DNA of 22,855 nucleotides from an uncultured euryarchaeote (GCA_937899865.1 CALBRH010000005.1:1-22855); one strand, 5' to 3'. Positions 7,579-16,756 are shown, numbered from the stretch's first letter. Made by a program: numbers and translations. Notes: generated by a model not told the origin, from the sequence alone.

Positions 7579-7613
7579 ATATGTCAACTTCTACAATTCT
7601 AAAATTCAACTTT

Positions 7614-8696
7614 TTATTTTTTCACGAAGTTTTTCCATCGTTTCATATAATCGATAAATACAGGACTTAAGTCAACACTTGCCAAATGTTCTACACTAAA
7701 TGGTGGTCTTTGTGGTTGGTAATTTTCATCAATTAGATTCTGTGGCCAATCTGGATGTGCAATACCTACTCTGGCAACACCAACAATATCTGCGCCTTCA
7801 TCCATCAACCATTGTGCTTCTTTTGTATCCCAAACCGCACCAGTAGAGATAAGTGGAAAATCTGCTGGTATTACATTGCTAAATCGTTTTGTTAGGCTTT
7901 CTTCATTACCATCTCCAACTTCTTCGAAAACATCCCAACATGAGATGTGTAGCATATCAATATCCATCTGGCACAAAGAAAGTGCAAGTTCAAGACTGTC
8001 TTCTAAGTAAATTCCTGCCTTCTCAATAATCGGAGATATGCGTACAGTGATTAGAAAATTTTTGTTTGTGACTTTTCTAATGGATTTGATGATTTCTTTC
8101 AAAAACTTACTTCTCCCGTGGATATCACCACCCCATTCGTCATTTCTTCGATTGGTTTTTGCGCCCAAAAACTGGCATATTAGGTAGGAATGAGCACCAT
8201 GAAGTTCAACTCCATCAAAGCCAGCTTTTTCACAGCGTAGTGCAGCATCTGTAAATGATTGAATCATTTCTTTTACCTCGGTTGAGGTCATTTCCCTAGT
8301 GTATTCTCCTTTCATATTTGGTTCAGTATTTTCACTTGCAGAAATAGGCTGAACACCGTTGATTTCTCTTGGAGCACGCATTCCACCATGAAATAATTGA
8401 ACTAGACTGATTGTTTCGTGGCTGTTTAGTAGTGTTGCTAATTTAGTTAATCCTGGAAGTTGGTGATCGCCCCAAACCCCCATTTCGCCTTCCCAGCCTC
8501 TGCCTGTTTCAGTTACATTTGCAGCAGCAGTAGTAGTAATTGCAAAGTTTCCTTTTGCTCTGCGAACTAGCCAGGTTATTTCTTCATCAGACAAAGTACC
8601 ATCTTCATTACTTTGTTTGTTAGTCATAGCTGCAAGCAAACTACGATTCTTCAAGACGAAACCTCGACCGATTTCTAATGAGTCAGTGGGTTTCAT
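7614..8696 (-). CDS. NADH:flavin oxidoreductase (Old Yellow Enzyme family)
   Basis: LKNR..LAAMT, RRAKG, QLFHGG, AGFDGVELHGAHSYLICQFL, NRRNDEWGGD..GRSKF, VRIS, GVARVGIAHPDW. An SD GGTGA at 8701-8705 suggests co-transcription with the photolyase. Confidence 0.95.
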   Translation of the reverse strand: MKPTDSLEIGRGFVLKNRSLLAAMTNKQSNEDGTLSDEEITWLVRRAKGNFAITTTAAANVTETGRGWEGEMGVWGDHQLPGLTKLATLLNSHETISLVQLFHGGMRAPREINGVQPISASENTEPNMKGEYTREMTSTEVKEMIQSFTDAALRCEKAGFDGVELHGAHSYLICQFLGAKTNRRNDEWGGDIHGRSKFLKEIIKSIRKVTNKNFLITVRISPIIEKAGIYLEDSLELALSLCQMDIDMLHISCWDVFEEVGDGNEESLTKRFSNVIPADFPLISTGAVWDTKEAQWLMDEGADIVGVARVGIAHPDWPQNLIDENYQPQRPPFSVEHLASVDLSPVFIDYMKRWKNFVKK

Positions 8697-8718
8697 GACA
8701 TCACCGAGTAAGTCTCAA

Positions 8719-10263
8719 CTAATGAGTTAAACTCATCTGACTGGATGAATACTCTTGACTTTTATTCAATGCAGAAAGTATTTCTGTGAATGCTTTAATG
8801 TCTTGTTGCTTTTTTTCATCGCTACGTTTGGCAAGATTTCTAAGGGGCATTGCTAACCTTATGTTACCTTCAAATGATTCTTTATGCCGTTCAAGAAAAG
8901 CCCAATATAGATTTGAAACCTTGCAATCTTTCTTTGGATTGAATTTACAATTTTTGCAAAAATCTGACATTTTATTGATGTATGGTGTTCCTGAAACATA
9001 TGGTTTTGTCATCATTGCCGGGCCAAGAGAATATGTCCCCATACCCAATACGTTTGGCTCAACTACCCAATCATAAGCATCAATGAAAGCTTCGTGAAAC
9101 CAAGTAGTTAATTCTCTTGGATTAATATCGAGTAAACTAGCAAAATTACTCAGAACCATCAATCTAGGTATATGATGAGTCCATCCTTCATCTAAGACTG
9201 ATTCTACAACCAAATCTAAGCAATTAAATCCACTTTTTGCCCCCCAAAACGCTTGAGGGAGAGGATTATTCTGATGCAAATAATTTGGTTGATCTAATCG
9301 TTTATCAAATACATCAAGAGTTCTAAAGCCGTCTGTTACATCATGGATATGCTTGACGTATTCTCGCCATATCATTTGTCGGAAAAATCCTTCAATGCTA
9401 TTAATCGGTGCATTATTGGAGATAACTAATTCCACAATTTGTTGTGGTGAAAGTCGGTGAAGATTTACTGAAATCGCTAATTTAGAATGGAATAAATATC
9501 TACTTTTACTACTCATTGCATCTTCATATTTTCCAAAATGCTGCAAATTTTTGATGGCCCAATCTAATGCTTGATGTTGCTGTTCGATACTTGTAGGAAC
9601 TTTACTTAAATCACATTCACCGGGATGGTTTGAGAACTTCTGATTTACTAATTTCATCACAGATTCGTCTATCTCATCTATTGAGAATCGTAATTCTTCT
9701 TGAGTTTCTGGATTACCCTTCCATGGCATGCGATTATCAGCATCAAAACTATACTTGCCTCCTATTGGTTTTCCTTGTTCCATCAAAATACCGGTTTCTT
9801 TTCTCACCCTTTGATAGAATTTATCCATTCTAAATGGTGGTTTAACTCCGACTGATTCGACAAACCACTCACGCTTTGTTAGCCACCCATTGTGTTCATG
9901 TCGTATCAAATTGCCAGTACTAAATAACGGTTCAAGTTCAATTCTCATACTTCTTTCTGCAGGAATTACAACATTAATCGGACCTAAATCATTTGACACT
10001 TTAAACAGTAAATCATGATAGTTCCCTGAAGTGTAAAGATACTTTATCGGATGTCCAAGTTCTTGTGCTTCTTTAGAAAAATGTCTCATATTAGACAATA
10101 ATAATGCCAATTTCTGTTTGTGAAAATTAAGTGATTTACCTTTGGCTTCAGACTCAATGAAAATCAAACCGGTACTAGTTCTATCCCCCTTAGACCAAGG
10201 AAAAATATCATGGTTAAGTTGATCATAACATACGAAATACCAATCTATCTCTTCGTCAACCAT
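8719..10263 (-). CDS. Cryptochrome/photolyase family protein, FeS-BCP (PhrB/CryB-like bacterial-type 6-4 photolyase) with DPRP domain
   Basis: YDQL; FHKQKLALLLSNMRHF; MDKFYQRVRKETGILM; GGKYSFDADNR; LFHSKLA; NSIEGFFRQMIWREY; WTHHIPRLMV; DAYDWVVEPNVLGM; TKPYVSG..YINKMSDFC..C. Four Fe-S Cys are present (GFNC and CKNC...C). Confidence 0.93.
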   Translation of the reverse strand: MVDEEIDWYFVCYDQLNHDIFPWSKGDRTSTGLIFIESEAKGKSLNFHKQKLALLLSNMRHFSKEAQELGHPIKYLYTSGNYHDLLFKVSNDLGPINVVIPAERSMRIELEPLFSTGNLIRHEHNGWLTKREWFVESVGVKPPFRMDKFYQRVRKETGILMEQGKPIGGKYSFDADNRMPWKGNPETQEELRFSIDEIDESVMKLVNQKFSNHPGECDLSKVPTSIEQQHQALDWAIKNLQHFGKYEDAMSSKSRYLFHSKLAISVNLHRLSPQQIVELVISNNAPINSIEGFFRQMIWREYVKHIHDVTDGFRTLDVFDKRLDQPNYLHQNNPLPQAFWGAKSGFNCLDLVVESVLDEGWTHHIPRLMVLSNFASLLDINPRELTTWFHEAFIDAYDWVVEPNVLGMGTYSLGPAMMTKPYVSGTPYINKMSDFCKNCKFNPKKDCKVSNLYWAFLERHKESFEGNIRLAMPLRNLAKRSDEKKQQDIKAFTEILSALNKSQEYSSSQMSLTH

Positions 10264-10286
10264 GTTGTAAACAAACTATTAGAGAA

Positions 10287-10293
10287 CATAAAC
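10287..10293 (-). promoter_or_regulatory. TATA-like box (GTTTATG) of the photolyase-OYE unit
   Basis: Lies 24-30 nt upstream of the ATG at 10263. Confidence 0.5.
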
Positions 10294-10304
10294 CCCTGTT
10301 TTGA

Positions 10305-11555
10305 TTACAGATTTTGAAGTCTTGAATCGTCAACCCATTCATCCCAACTAGAATCGAATCCAACGTAATGAATTAGATAATTATCGCCTTTGACTTCGCG
10401 AATTAATCCATCCCACCAACTACCTTTCCATTCTACTTTTACCTGCTGTCCTGCAGCATAATCAGATTTGTTAAATGGGTGGTCTTGTGGTCTAATTTCC
10501 CAACCTGTAGGGCCTACAATGTAAATCGTATTATTTGTCTCAACTCTAGCAGTTGCTCTATTATCATAAGTCATGCTCAAAATAGCAGATGTCTTTACTT
10601 CAGTATCGCCCAATTTGGGATGCCCATGTACAAATCCATGTAATGAGTCACCGATTATTTTTGCATTTTGAATGATTACTTCAGATTTAGCTTCAAAGGG
10701 TTGAACCATTATTTTTGCAAGATCCTTATAGTTCAATTCTGAATCCATTGAAATTCCCATTTCGTTAAACATTTCTTGAGCTTCAGAAACGTCTAATGGA
10801 TCACCCATCTGTGTTAAAATTTCGAATAATTTGCTAGCATGAATAGTTCCTGAATTATTTTCGTCAAATACCTTAAACGAATCAATCAATTCTTGTTCTT
10901 CTTTCGAGATTTGTTCAACATAGGCTTGAGTCGCTTCTGAATCTGGTTGTTTAGCAATTCTTGAAGGAGGTACTCCAGACTCAACATCACCATCATCGAA
11001 GTGTATCATATAGGTGTGGTGTGGTTGTACTTCAGCGATTTTACCTGGGAAATAAGTGCCATAGTTTTTCCAGTTAACTAATACTCTGTCTCCCTTGTTC
11101 AATGCATCATCCGCACGGCGAATATTTCTTGGCCCATCTCCAATAAGCAAACCTTGCTTTGATTCTACACCACTACTCTTTGGTACATCTACATCATAAC
11201 TTCCATCATCATTTATCTTAGTAACAGTACATCTATCTAGCCATCGTTCATTTGTCGGACTGAAGTATTCGACATGCGTACCAACTTCTAATTCAGGAAT
11301 TATTGGTGATTGTATCATTTCTTCGACTTGAACACTAGTCTGATTTTTGTTAACCATCCCTAAGCGTTCCAATGCAGTTATTACTGCATTTGTAACTGCA
11401 TCAACATCATTGTTAATTACTGTATTATGAACAACATCTCCACCAACTACTGAATCTTGCATATTCAAAGTCTGACTAGCCTTTGGAGGTGCAGGAATCC
11501 ATTCGGAACCACTCCACATAAATTTACCATCGGGACTGTAAATAGGTTCTGACAT
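10305..11555 (-). CDS. Multidomain protein: Trp-rich N-terminal motif, two Tudor/SH3-like barrels, calmodulin-like EF-hand pair, small GHP/TS domain, C-terminal Tudor-knot (chromo-barrel)
   Basis: SPDGKFMWSGSEWIP; GDRVLVNW..YGTYFPGKIAEV..TYMIHFDDGD; SFKVFDENNSGTI...LTQMGDPL...EAQEMF; GQQVKVEWKGSWWDGLIREV...YLIHYVGFDSSWDEWV. I moved the start to the ATG at 11555 because the ORF-track extension to 11609 overlaps the upstream gene. Confidence 0.8.
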   Translation of the reverse strand: MSEPIYSPDGKFMWSGSEWIPAPPKASQTLNMQDSVVGGDVVHNTVINNDVDAVTNAVITALERLGMVNKNQTSVQVEEMIQSPIIPELEVGTHVEYFSPTNERWLDRCTVTKINDDGSYDVDVPKSSGVESKQGLLIGDGPRNIRRADDALNKGDRVLVNWKNYGTYFPGKIAEVQPHHTYMIHFDDGDVESGVPPSRIAKQPDSEATQAYVEQISKEEQELIDSFKVFDENNSGTIHASKLFEILTQMGDPLDVSEAQEMFNEMGISMDSELNYKDLAKIMVQPFEAKSEVIIQNAKIIGDSLHGFVHGHPKLGDTEVKTSAILSMTYDNRATARVETNNTIYIVGPTGWEIRPQDHPFNKSDYAAGQQVKVEWKGSWWDGLIREVKGDNYLIHYVGFDSSWDEWVDDSRLQNL

Positions 11556-11598
11556 AAATAGTCTAAATCGATTAATTAAAAAGAGATTTTGAAGAAAA

Positions 11599-13995
11599 TC
11601 AATCTTCAATTAAATCGTCTTTGTTATTGTTCTTCTTTACTGGAAATAACTTATCCATCCATTTTGGCGACCACCAATTTGCCTTGCCCATAAGCCTCAT
11701 TGTTGCTGGGACTACTAGCGCCCTAACTATTGTTGCATCTAGAAGAATTGCCAATGCTAAACCAAATCCTATTTGCTTTAGTATTACTACTGAAGATAAT
11801 CCAAATGCACTGAATACGACTACCATAATAGCTGCAGCACCAGTAATCAAACGGCCTGTTTTCTGAAGTCCATTTGCGACTGCAAGTGTATTATCTCCTG
11901 TACGCTCCCATTCTTCATGAATTCTAGAAAGCATCAAAACTTCATAGTCCATTGATAAACCAAATACAATACAAAATAGAATTATTGGATTTGTTGTTTC
12001 AATTGGTTGGGGTGTAAAGTTTAGTAATTCAGCTCCATTACCCCATTGGAAAACAAATACCAGCATACCAAATGACGCTGAAACAGATAAAATATTCATT
12101 ATAATCGCCTTAATTGGAATTATTACACTTCTAACTTGAATAAATATGAGTAGAATGGTTGCGACTAGAATAAATGTTATCGCAATCGGAAGATTATCGA
12201 TAATCGCATCAAGAACATCTAAACTGTATGCTGCAAACCCGGCAACCATTAGAACTCCATCATCTCCAGTGTTTAATTCTGATAGTAATTCTCCTCTTTC
12301 TGACCTAACGTCCGATACAAAATCCCTGCTGCTTTCTCCAGTGATAGTTCCTGTCAGTGAAAATATGACAAAAGTAACATTTTCAGAGATAAATTGGTCT
12401 CTAAGATATTCTCGGCTAGCAATAGTATCATTATCTAAAAATTCATCAGGAGTTTGCCAAAACTGGAGTACTTCTGATTCACTCATATTTTCACTAGGCA
12501 ACGCAAATCCTGAAGCATTAATTACTCGATCATCATCTAAATAATTCTTCATCCAACGATACATTGTAACCAGATTATTTTCTTCAAGAGGGTCTTCTCC
12601 ATCAAAGTCGATTACAATCATTGCTCGATTAACTGCACCTTCTGGCCATTTTTCATCTATTAACTCAAAGCCTATTCTGGTTTCATCATCAGGAGGTAAT
12701 GCATCTCTTGAAGCAATAGAAAAATCAGCCTGTAAAAATGGTAAACCCGCACCTAATAGAATGACGAGTGTAGGAATCAATACGGCCCATGGACGTTTCA
12801 TTACAAAATTAGCAATCCTTGCCCATGCTCCGTCTTCTTTCTCTCCTTCAGTAGAAAATGCAAATTTGATTTTATTAGGAATTCTAAACGGCTTTTTTCT
12901 TATCGGCAACTTCAACAAAAATACATCTTTATCTAATTTTGTTCCTAAAATGACCAAGATTGCTGGTAACACAATAATAGAGAATAGCATGGCTATGCTC
13001 ACTGCTAATGTTCCTCCAATTCCTAAACTTGGAAGTCCAGTATTTTCGAAGAAAAGCATACCCATTAAGCCAATTGCAACAGTTATTCCGCTGAAAAATA
13101 CTGCTTTACCAGCTGTTGCAACTGTCATTGCAATTGAAGTTCGAGAATCTCTGCCATGACCCAATTCCTCTCTGAATCTGTATACCATAAAGAGGGAATA
13201 ATCAACCGATACTCCTATTCCTATCAGTGTAATTATGTTAAGCGCATATTGGGTTACATCGGTGATATTGGAAAGCCAAATGGTCACACCCATGGCTGAA
13301 ATGACCGTCAGCATAGCAACTCCAATAGGTAATATTGCAGCAACTATAGTGCCAAAAACTATGCCTAATATAATCAGTGACAAAGGCCCTGAAATTAGTT
13401 CTGCTTTGATTAAATCATCTTGAATTCTAGAATCAAAAATAACATCGATTGCTAAATCTCCTGTACGCCATGAATTAAATTCAGAATCTACATCAATATT
13501 TTCCCAGTTTTCATCATAAATTGCCTTTGCTTCTTTCCGTTCTATAGAAATTTTCACTTTGTTTTTAGCCCAAAAACCATCTTCATCTTGGTAGACAAAA
13601 TTGTCTCGTTTTTCTCCAGAAGTTTCCCAAGAGTACTGTATTGTGACATCATCCATAACTGCAAAGTCGGCTAAAGCAGAAATCACCGCTGCTCGCCATT
13701 CTGGAGAAGAATCGTTTAGATTCGGATGGTTAATCAATAGAATGAAGTTCTCTGACTTGTTTCCTTCATCTTCAGATGCAAAAGCACTCTTTTGCAAGTC
13801 CCCTGCCTCAACAGATTCTAGATCTCCCTCGCCCCAAGATTCTGCCCAGTTTGGCCCCATAGAAATTAGAGAACCTAACATCAAACAAGACAAAATTCCG
13901 ATAATTAGAACTTTTTTATGGTGGTCATGGACTGCTTCTCCTAATTTGTAAAATGCTCTACCTTCAAGCATTTTTGGGTCTGTAGACCACTCCAT
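11599..13995 (-). CDS. MMPL family (RND superfamily) membrane transporter
   Basis: Two MMPL repeats: AELIS.P...L..VFG...AA.LP; GIGVSVDYSLF...RFREE; TAGKAVFFSGITV; FGLSMDYEVLMLSRIHEEW; TGRLITGAAAIM; LDATIVRALVVPATM...G..NWW.P. Confidence 0.95.
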   Translation of the reverse strand: MEWSTDPKMLEGRAFYKLGEAVHDHHKKVLIIGILSCLMLGSLISMGPNWAESWGEGDLESVEAGDLQKSAFASEDEGNKSENFILLINHPNLNDSSPEWRAAVISALADFAVMDDVTIQYSWETSGEKRDNFVYQDEDGFWAKNKVKISIERKEAKAIYDENWENIDVDSEFNSWRTGDLAIDVIFDSRIQDDLIKAELISGPLSLIILGIVFGTIVAAILPIGVAMLTVISAMGVTIWLSNITDVTQYALNIITLIGIGVSVDYSLFMVYRFREELGHGRDSRTSIAMTVATAGKAVFFSGITVAIGLMGMLFFENTGLPSLGIGGTLAVSIAMLFSIIVLPAILVILGTKLDKDVFLLKLPIRKKPFRIPNKIKFAFSTEGEKEDGAWARIANFVMKRPWAVLIPTLVILLGAGLPFLQADFSIASRDALPPDDETRIGFELIDEKWPEGAVNRAMIVIDFDGEDPLEENNLVTMYRWMKNYLDDDRVINASGFALPSENMSESEVLQFWQTPDEFLDNDTIASREYLRDQFISENVTFVIFSLTGTITGESSRDFVSDVRSERGELLSELNTGDDGVLMVAGFAAYSLDVLDAIIDNLPIAITFILVATILLIFIQVRSVIIPIKAIIMNILSVSASFGMLVFVFQWGNGAELLNFTPQPIETTNPIILFCIVFGLSMDYEVLMLSRIHEEWERTGDNTLAVANGLQKTGRLITGAAAIMVVVFSAFGLSSVVILKQIGFGLALAILLDATIVRALVVPATMRLMGKANWWSPKWMDKLFPVKKNNNKDDLIED

Positions 13996-14097
13996 GTTGC
14001 TCGGGGTTAGAATTCCATATTTGAACTGATGTTTTCCAACTAAAATTTTTAGTTTAGAATACGAGATTTGATAACTTAAATCAATTACAGGTTTTTC

Positions 14098-14616
14098 ATG
14101 GCAAGAGCATTGTTAGGCGGTGGTTGTTTTTGGTGCACAGAAGGGGCATTTAAACGAATGAAAGGTGTAATTTCTGCATTACCAGCATATGCTGGTGGAG
14201 AAATGGTAAATCCAGATTATCGCTCTGTATGCGATGGAATTACAGGACATGCAGAAATTGTTGAAGTAAAATTTGATGAATCTGTTATATCATTTGATAC
14301 AATTCTAGATGTTTTTTTCACAGTTCATGACCCTACTCAACTGAACCGCCAAGGCAATGATATTGGCACACAATACCGTAGTTGTATAATGCCGATAAAT
14401 CCAAATCAGCTTGAAATCGCTGAGCAAAAAATTGCTGAAATGCAACCTGTTTTTGACAATAAGATTGTTACTACAATTGAGGAACCTATTAACTTCACAA
14501 TCGCTGAAGATTATCATCATGATTATTATGCTAGAAATCCAAATCAAGGCTACTGTATGGCTGTTGTTGGTCCGAAAATCGCCAAGATAAGGCAAAAATT
14601 TGCTCATCTACATTAG
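14098..14616 (+). CDS. msrA: Peptide-methionine (S)-S-oxide reductase
   Basis: GGGCFWCTE active site; Y..VC.G.TGHAE; HDPTQLNRQGNDIGTQYRS; AEDYHHDYY; GYC. Confidence 0.97.
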   Translation: MARALLGGGCFWCTEGAFKRMKGVISALPAYAGGEMVNPDYRSVCDGITGHAEIVEVKFDESVISFDTILDVFFTVHDPTQLNRQGNDIGTQYRSCIMPINPNQLEIAEQKIAEMQPVFDNKIVTTIEEPINFTIAEDYHHDYYARNPNQGYCMAVVGPKIAKIRQKFAHLH

Positions 14617-14652
14617 GGTGAAATTCAATAGACGGCTATTACAGGGCGGTAC

Positions 14653-16287
14653 ATGGTGAATAATGTACCAACACCGCCGAAACCTGTGAATGAACCTGTA
14701 CTAGGGTATTTGCCGGGGAGTAAAGAACGTGCTGAACTAAAGTCTGAATTACTTAGACAAAGCAATGAAATTGTTGACATTCCATGTATTATCAACGGTG
14801 TTGAAGTTTATACTAACAATGTAGTAGAACAGGTAATGCCTCATAATCACAGTCATGTTATCGCTAGAGTTCATATGGCTGGTGAAAAAGAAGTTAATGA
14901 TGCAATTGAAGCATCTCTAGCCGCACATGATTCTTGGTCAACCATGCCATGGGAAGCAAGAGGTGCGATTTTCCTTAAAGCAAGTGAATTGCTTAGAGGT
15001 GAATATCGTGCTAAAATCAATGCCAGCACGATGATTAATCAGTCAAAGACATGCCATCAAGCAGAAATTGATTCTGCCTGTGAATTAATTGATTTTTGGC
15101 GATTTAATGTCCAATATGCAAGAGAGATTTACGAAGATCTTCAGCCTCCTGTTTCACCTTCAAGCATGTGGAATTCTAGTGAAGTAAGACCTCTAGAAGG
15201 TTTTGTATTCTCAGTAACCCCATTTAATTTTACTAGTATTGCTGCCAACCTACCTTCATCTGCTGCTATAATGGGCAATACTGGTGTTTGGAAGCCTAGC
15301 CGTAATTCATACCTATCAAATTACTACTTGATGCGCCTAATGATGGATGCAGGACTGCCTGATGGAGTAATTAATTTCATACCAGGTAAGGCAAGCATGG
15401 TAGGCAATATATGCCTATCACATCCAATGTTGGCAGGAATTCACTTCACTGGTTCAACCTCAGTGTTTAGACAAATGTGGAAGGATGTTGCAAACAACCT
15501 TGAGAACTTACGTTCATATCCAAGAATCGTTGGAGAAACTGGAGGGAAGGATTTCATTGTTGCTCATCCTAATTGCGACCGTCAAGCACTAACTGTAGCT
15601 TTGATTAGAGGTGCTTTCGAATATCAAGGACAGAAATGTAGTGCTGCAAGCAGAGCATATATTCCAGAATCTGTATGGGATTCTATCAAAGATAATTATG
15701 TCGATGAAGTTGCTAAAATTTCTGTTGGCGACCCAAAAGATTTCTCAAATTTCATGGCTGCGGTTATTGATCGAAAATCCTTTGATAATATTACAGGATA
15801 TATCGATAGAGCGAAGCAAGATTCTGGTTGTGAAATTATCACTGGTGGAGATTATGATGATTCAACTGGTTACTTTATCCAACCAACTACAATAGTGTGC
15901 TCAGATCCAAATTATGAATCTATGGCACAAGAAATTTTTGGACCTGTACTATCGATTTATATTTATCCAGACCATGAATTTGTTGAAACTCTAAAGTTAT
16001 GTGACAGCACCTCTGAATACGCATTAACAGGTTCGATTTTTGCCTCTAATCGTACCGATATTGAAGTGGCAATGGCTGCATTAAGATATTCAGCTGGAAA
16101 TTTCTATATCAATGACAAACCAACAGGTGCAGTTGTTGGCCAACAACCATTTGGCGGAGCTAGAGGTAGTGGAACCAATGATAAGGCTGGATCACCACTC
16201 AATCTATTACGATGGGTTAGTCCAAGGTCAATCAAAGAAACTTTTGCACCGCCGCATGATTGGACTTATGGCTTCCTAAACGAGTGA
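14653..16287 (+). CDS. pruA: L-glutamate gamma-semialdehyde (delta-1-pyrroline-5-carboxylate) dehydrogenase
   Basis: QSKT..QAEIDSACELIDFWRFN; PFNFTSIAANL; HFTGST; GETGGKDF (catalytic Glu); FEYQGQKCSA (catalytic Cys); EIFGPVL; FYINDKPTGAVVGQQPFGGAR.SGTNDKAG. Confidence 0.95.
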   Translation: MVNNVPTPPKPVNEPVLGYLPGSKERAELKSELLRQSNEIVDIPCIINGVEVYTNNVVEQVMPHNHSHVIARVHMAGEKEVNDAIEASLAAHDSWSTMPWEARGAIFLKASELLRGEYRAKINASTMINQSKTCHQAEIDSACELIDFWRFNVQYAREIYEDLQPPVSPSSMWNSSEVRPLEGFVFSVTPFNFTSIAANLPSSAAIMGNTGVWKPSRNSYLSNYYLMRLMMDAGLPDGVINFIPGKASMVGNICLSHPMLAGIHFTGSTSVFRQMWKDVANNLENLRSYPRIVGETGGKDFIVAHPNCDRQALTVALIRGAFEYQGQKCSAASRAYIPESVWDSIKDNYVDEVAKISVGDPKDFSNFMAAVIDRKSFDNITGYIDRAKQDSGCEIITGGDYDDSTGYFIQPTTIVCSDPNYESMAQEIFGPVLSIYIYPDHEFVETLKLCDSTSEYALTGSIFASNRTDIEVAMAALRYSAGNFYINDKPTGAVVGQQPFGGARGSGTNDKAGSPLNLLRWVSPRSIKETFAPPHDWTYGFLNE

Positions 16288-16574
16288 AGTGGTAACTTCT
16301 TGCTTTTGTCAGCAAGTTTGACAGATTCTGTTAATACCCTTGGCTCGAATCCAATACTAACCAACGAAATTATCCACCAGCCAAGAGATAGTAAAAATGT
16401 TGAAATTAGCATCAATAGACAAAGGAACACAACAATATTACCTCCTGATAATTGCCATGACCACCATCCAGAAAATATCATTCCTAATATGAAAAATATT
16501 CTTGCAGCTTCACTTGGAGTTGACCAACCGCGATGGTCTTTCCTAGGTGCAAATAGATACTCCATGAGGCTCAT
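16266..16574 (-). CDS. Small hypothetical membrane protein (2 TM helices)
   Basis: Two hydrophobic segments. A TATA-like TTTTATG lies 24-30 nt upstream of the ATG. The 3' end overlaps the pruA stop by 22 nt. Confidence 0.65.
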   Translation of the reverse strand: MSLMEYLFAPRKDHRGWSTPSEAARIFFILGMIFSGWWSWQLSGGNIVVFLCLLMLISTFLLSLGWWIISLVSIGFEPRVLTESVKLADKSKKLPLHSFRKP

Positions 16575-16597
16575 AGTGACAAAATAATTTTTGTTAC

Positions 16598-16604
16598 CAT
16601 AAAA
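16598..16604 (-). promoter_or_regulatory. TATA-like box (TTTTATG) of the 16266-16574 gene
   Basis: Same -24 to -30 spacing seen at other genes in the window. Confidence 0.45.
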
Positions 16605-16661
16605 ATGCGTGTATATTAGTAAACTTCCGATTAATTATTGAAATAAAACCCATAGGGTCAA

Positions 16662-16732
16662 TCCCGCAGTGATGATTGCTTTGGCCGACTGCTGATTTTT
16701 TCAGTGACGAGTGATGGGCGAACTGAGCGGGA
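16662..16732 (+). ncRNA. Archaeal box C/D methylation-guide sRNA
   Basis: Terminal stem TCCCGC(16662-16667)/GCGGGA(16727-16732). Box C GTGATGA (16669-16675); D' guide 16676-16691; box D' CTGA (16692-16695); box C' GTGACGA (16704-16710); D guide GTGATGGGCGAA (16711-16722); box D CTGA (16723-16726). It is a GC-rich patch in an AT-rich intergenic region, with an AT-rich TATA-like element at about 16631-16638. Confidence 0.88.
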
Positions 16733-16756
16733 CCAATTAGAAAAAAAGGGAAGAAT

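Noticed and set aside
11556-11609. N-terminal extension of the Tudor/EF-hand ORF
   Set aside because: It overlaps the MMPL stop and covers the AT-rich promoter region. The ATG at 11555 precedes the conserved-looking N-terminal motif.
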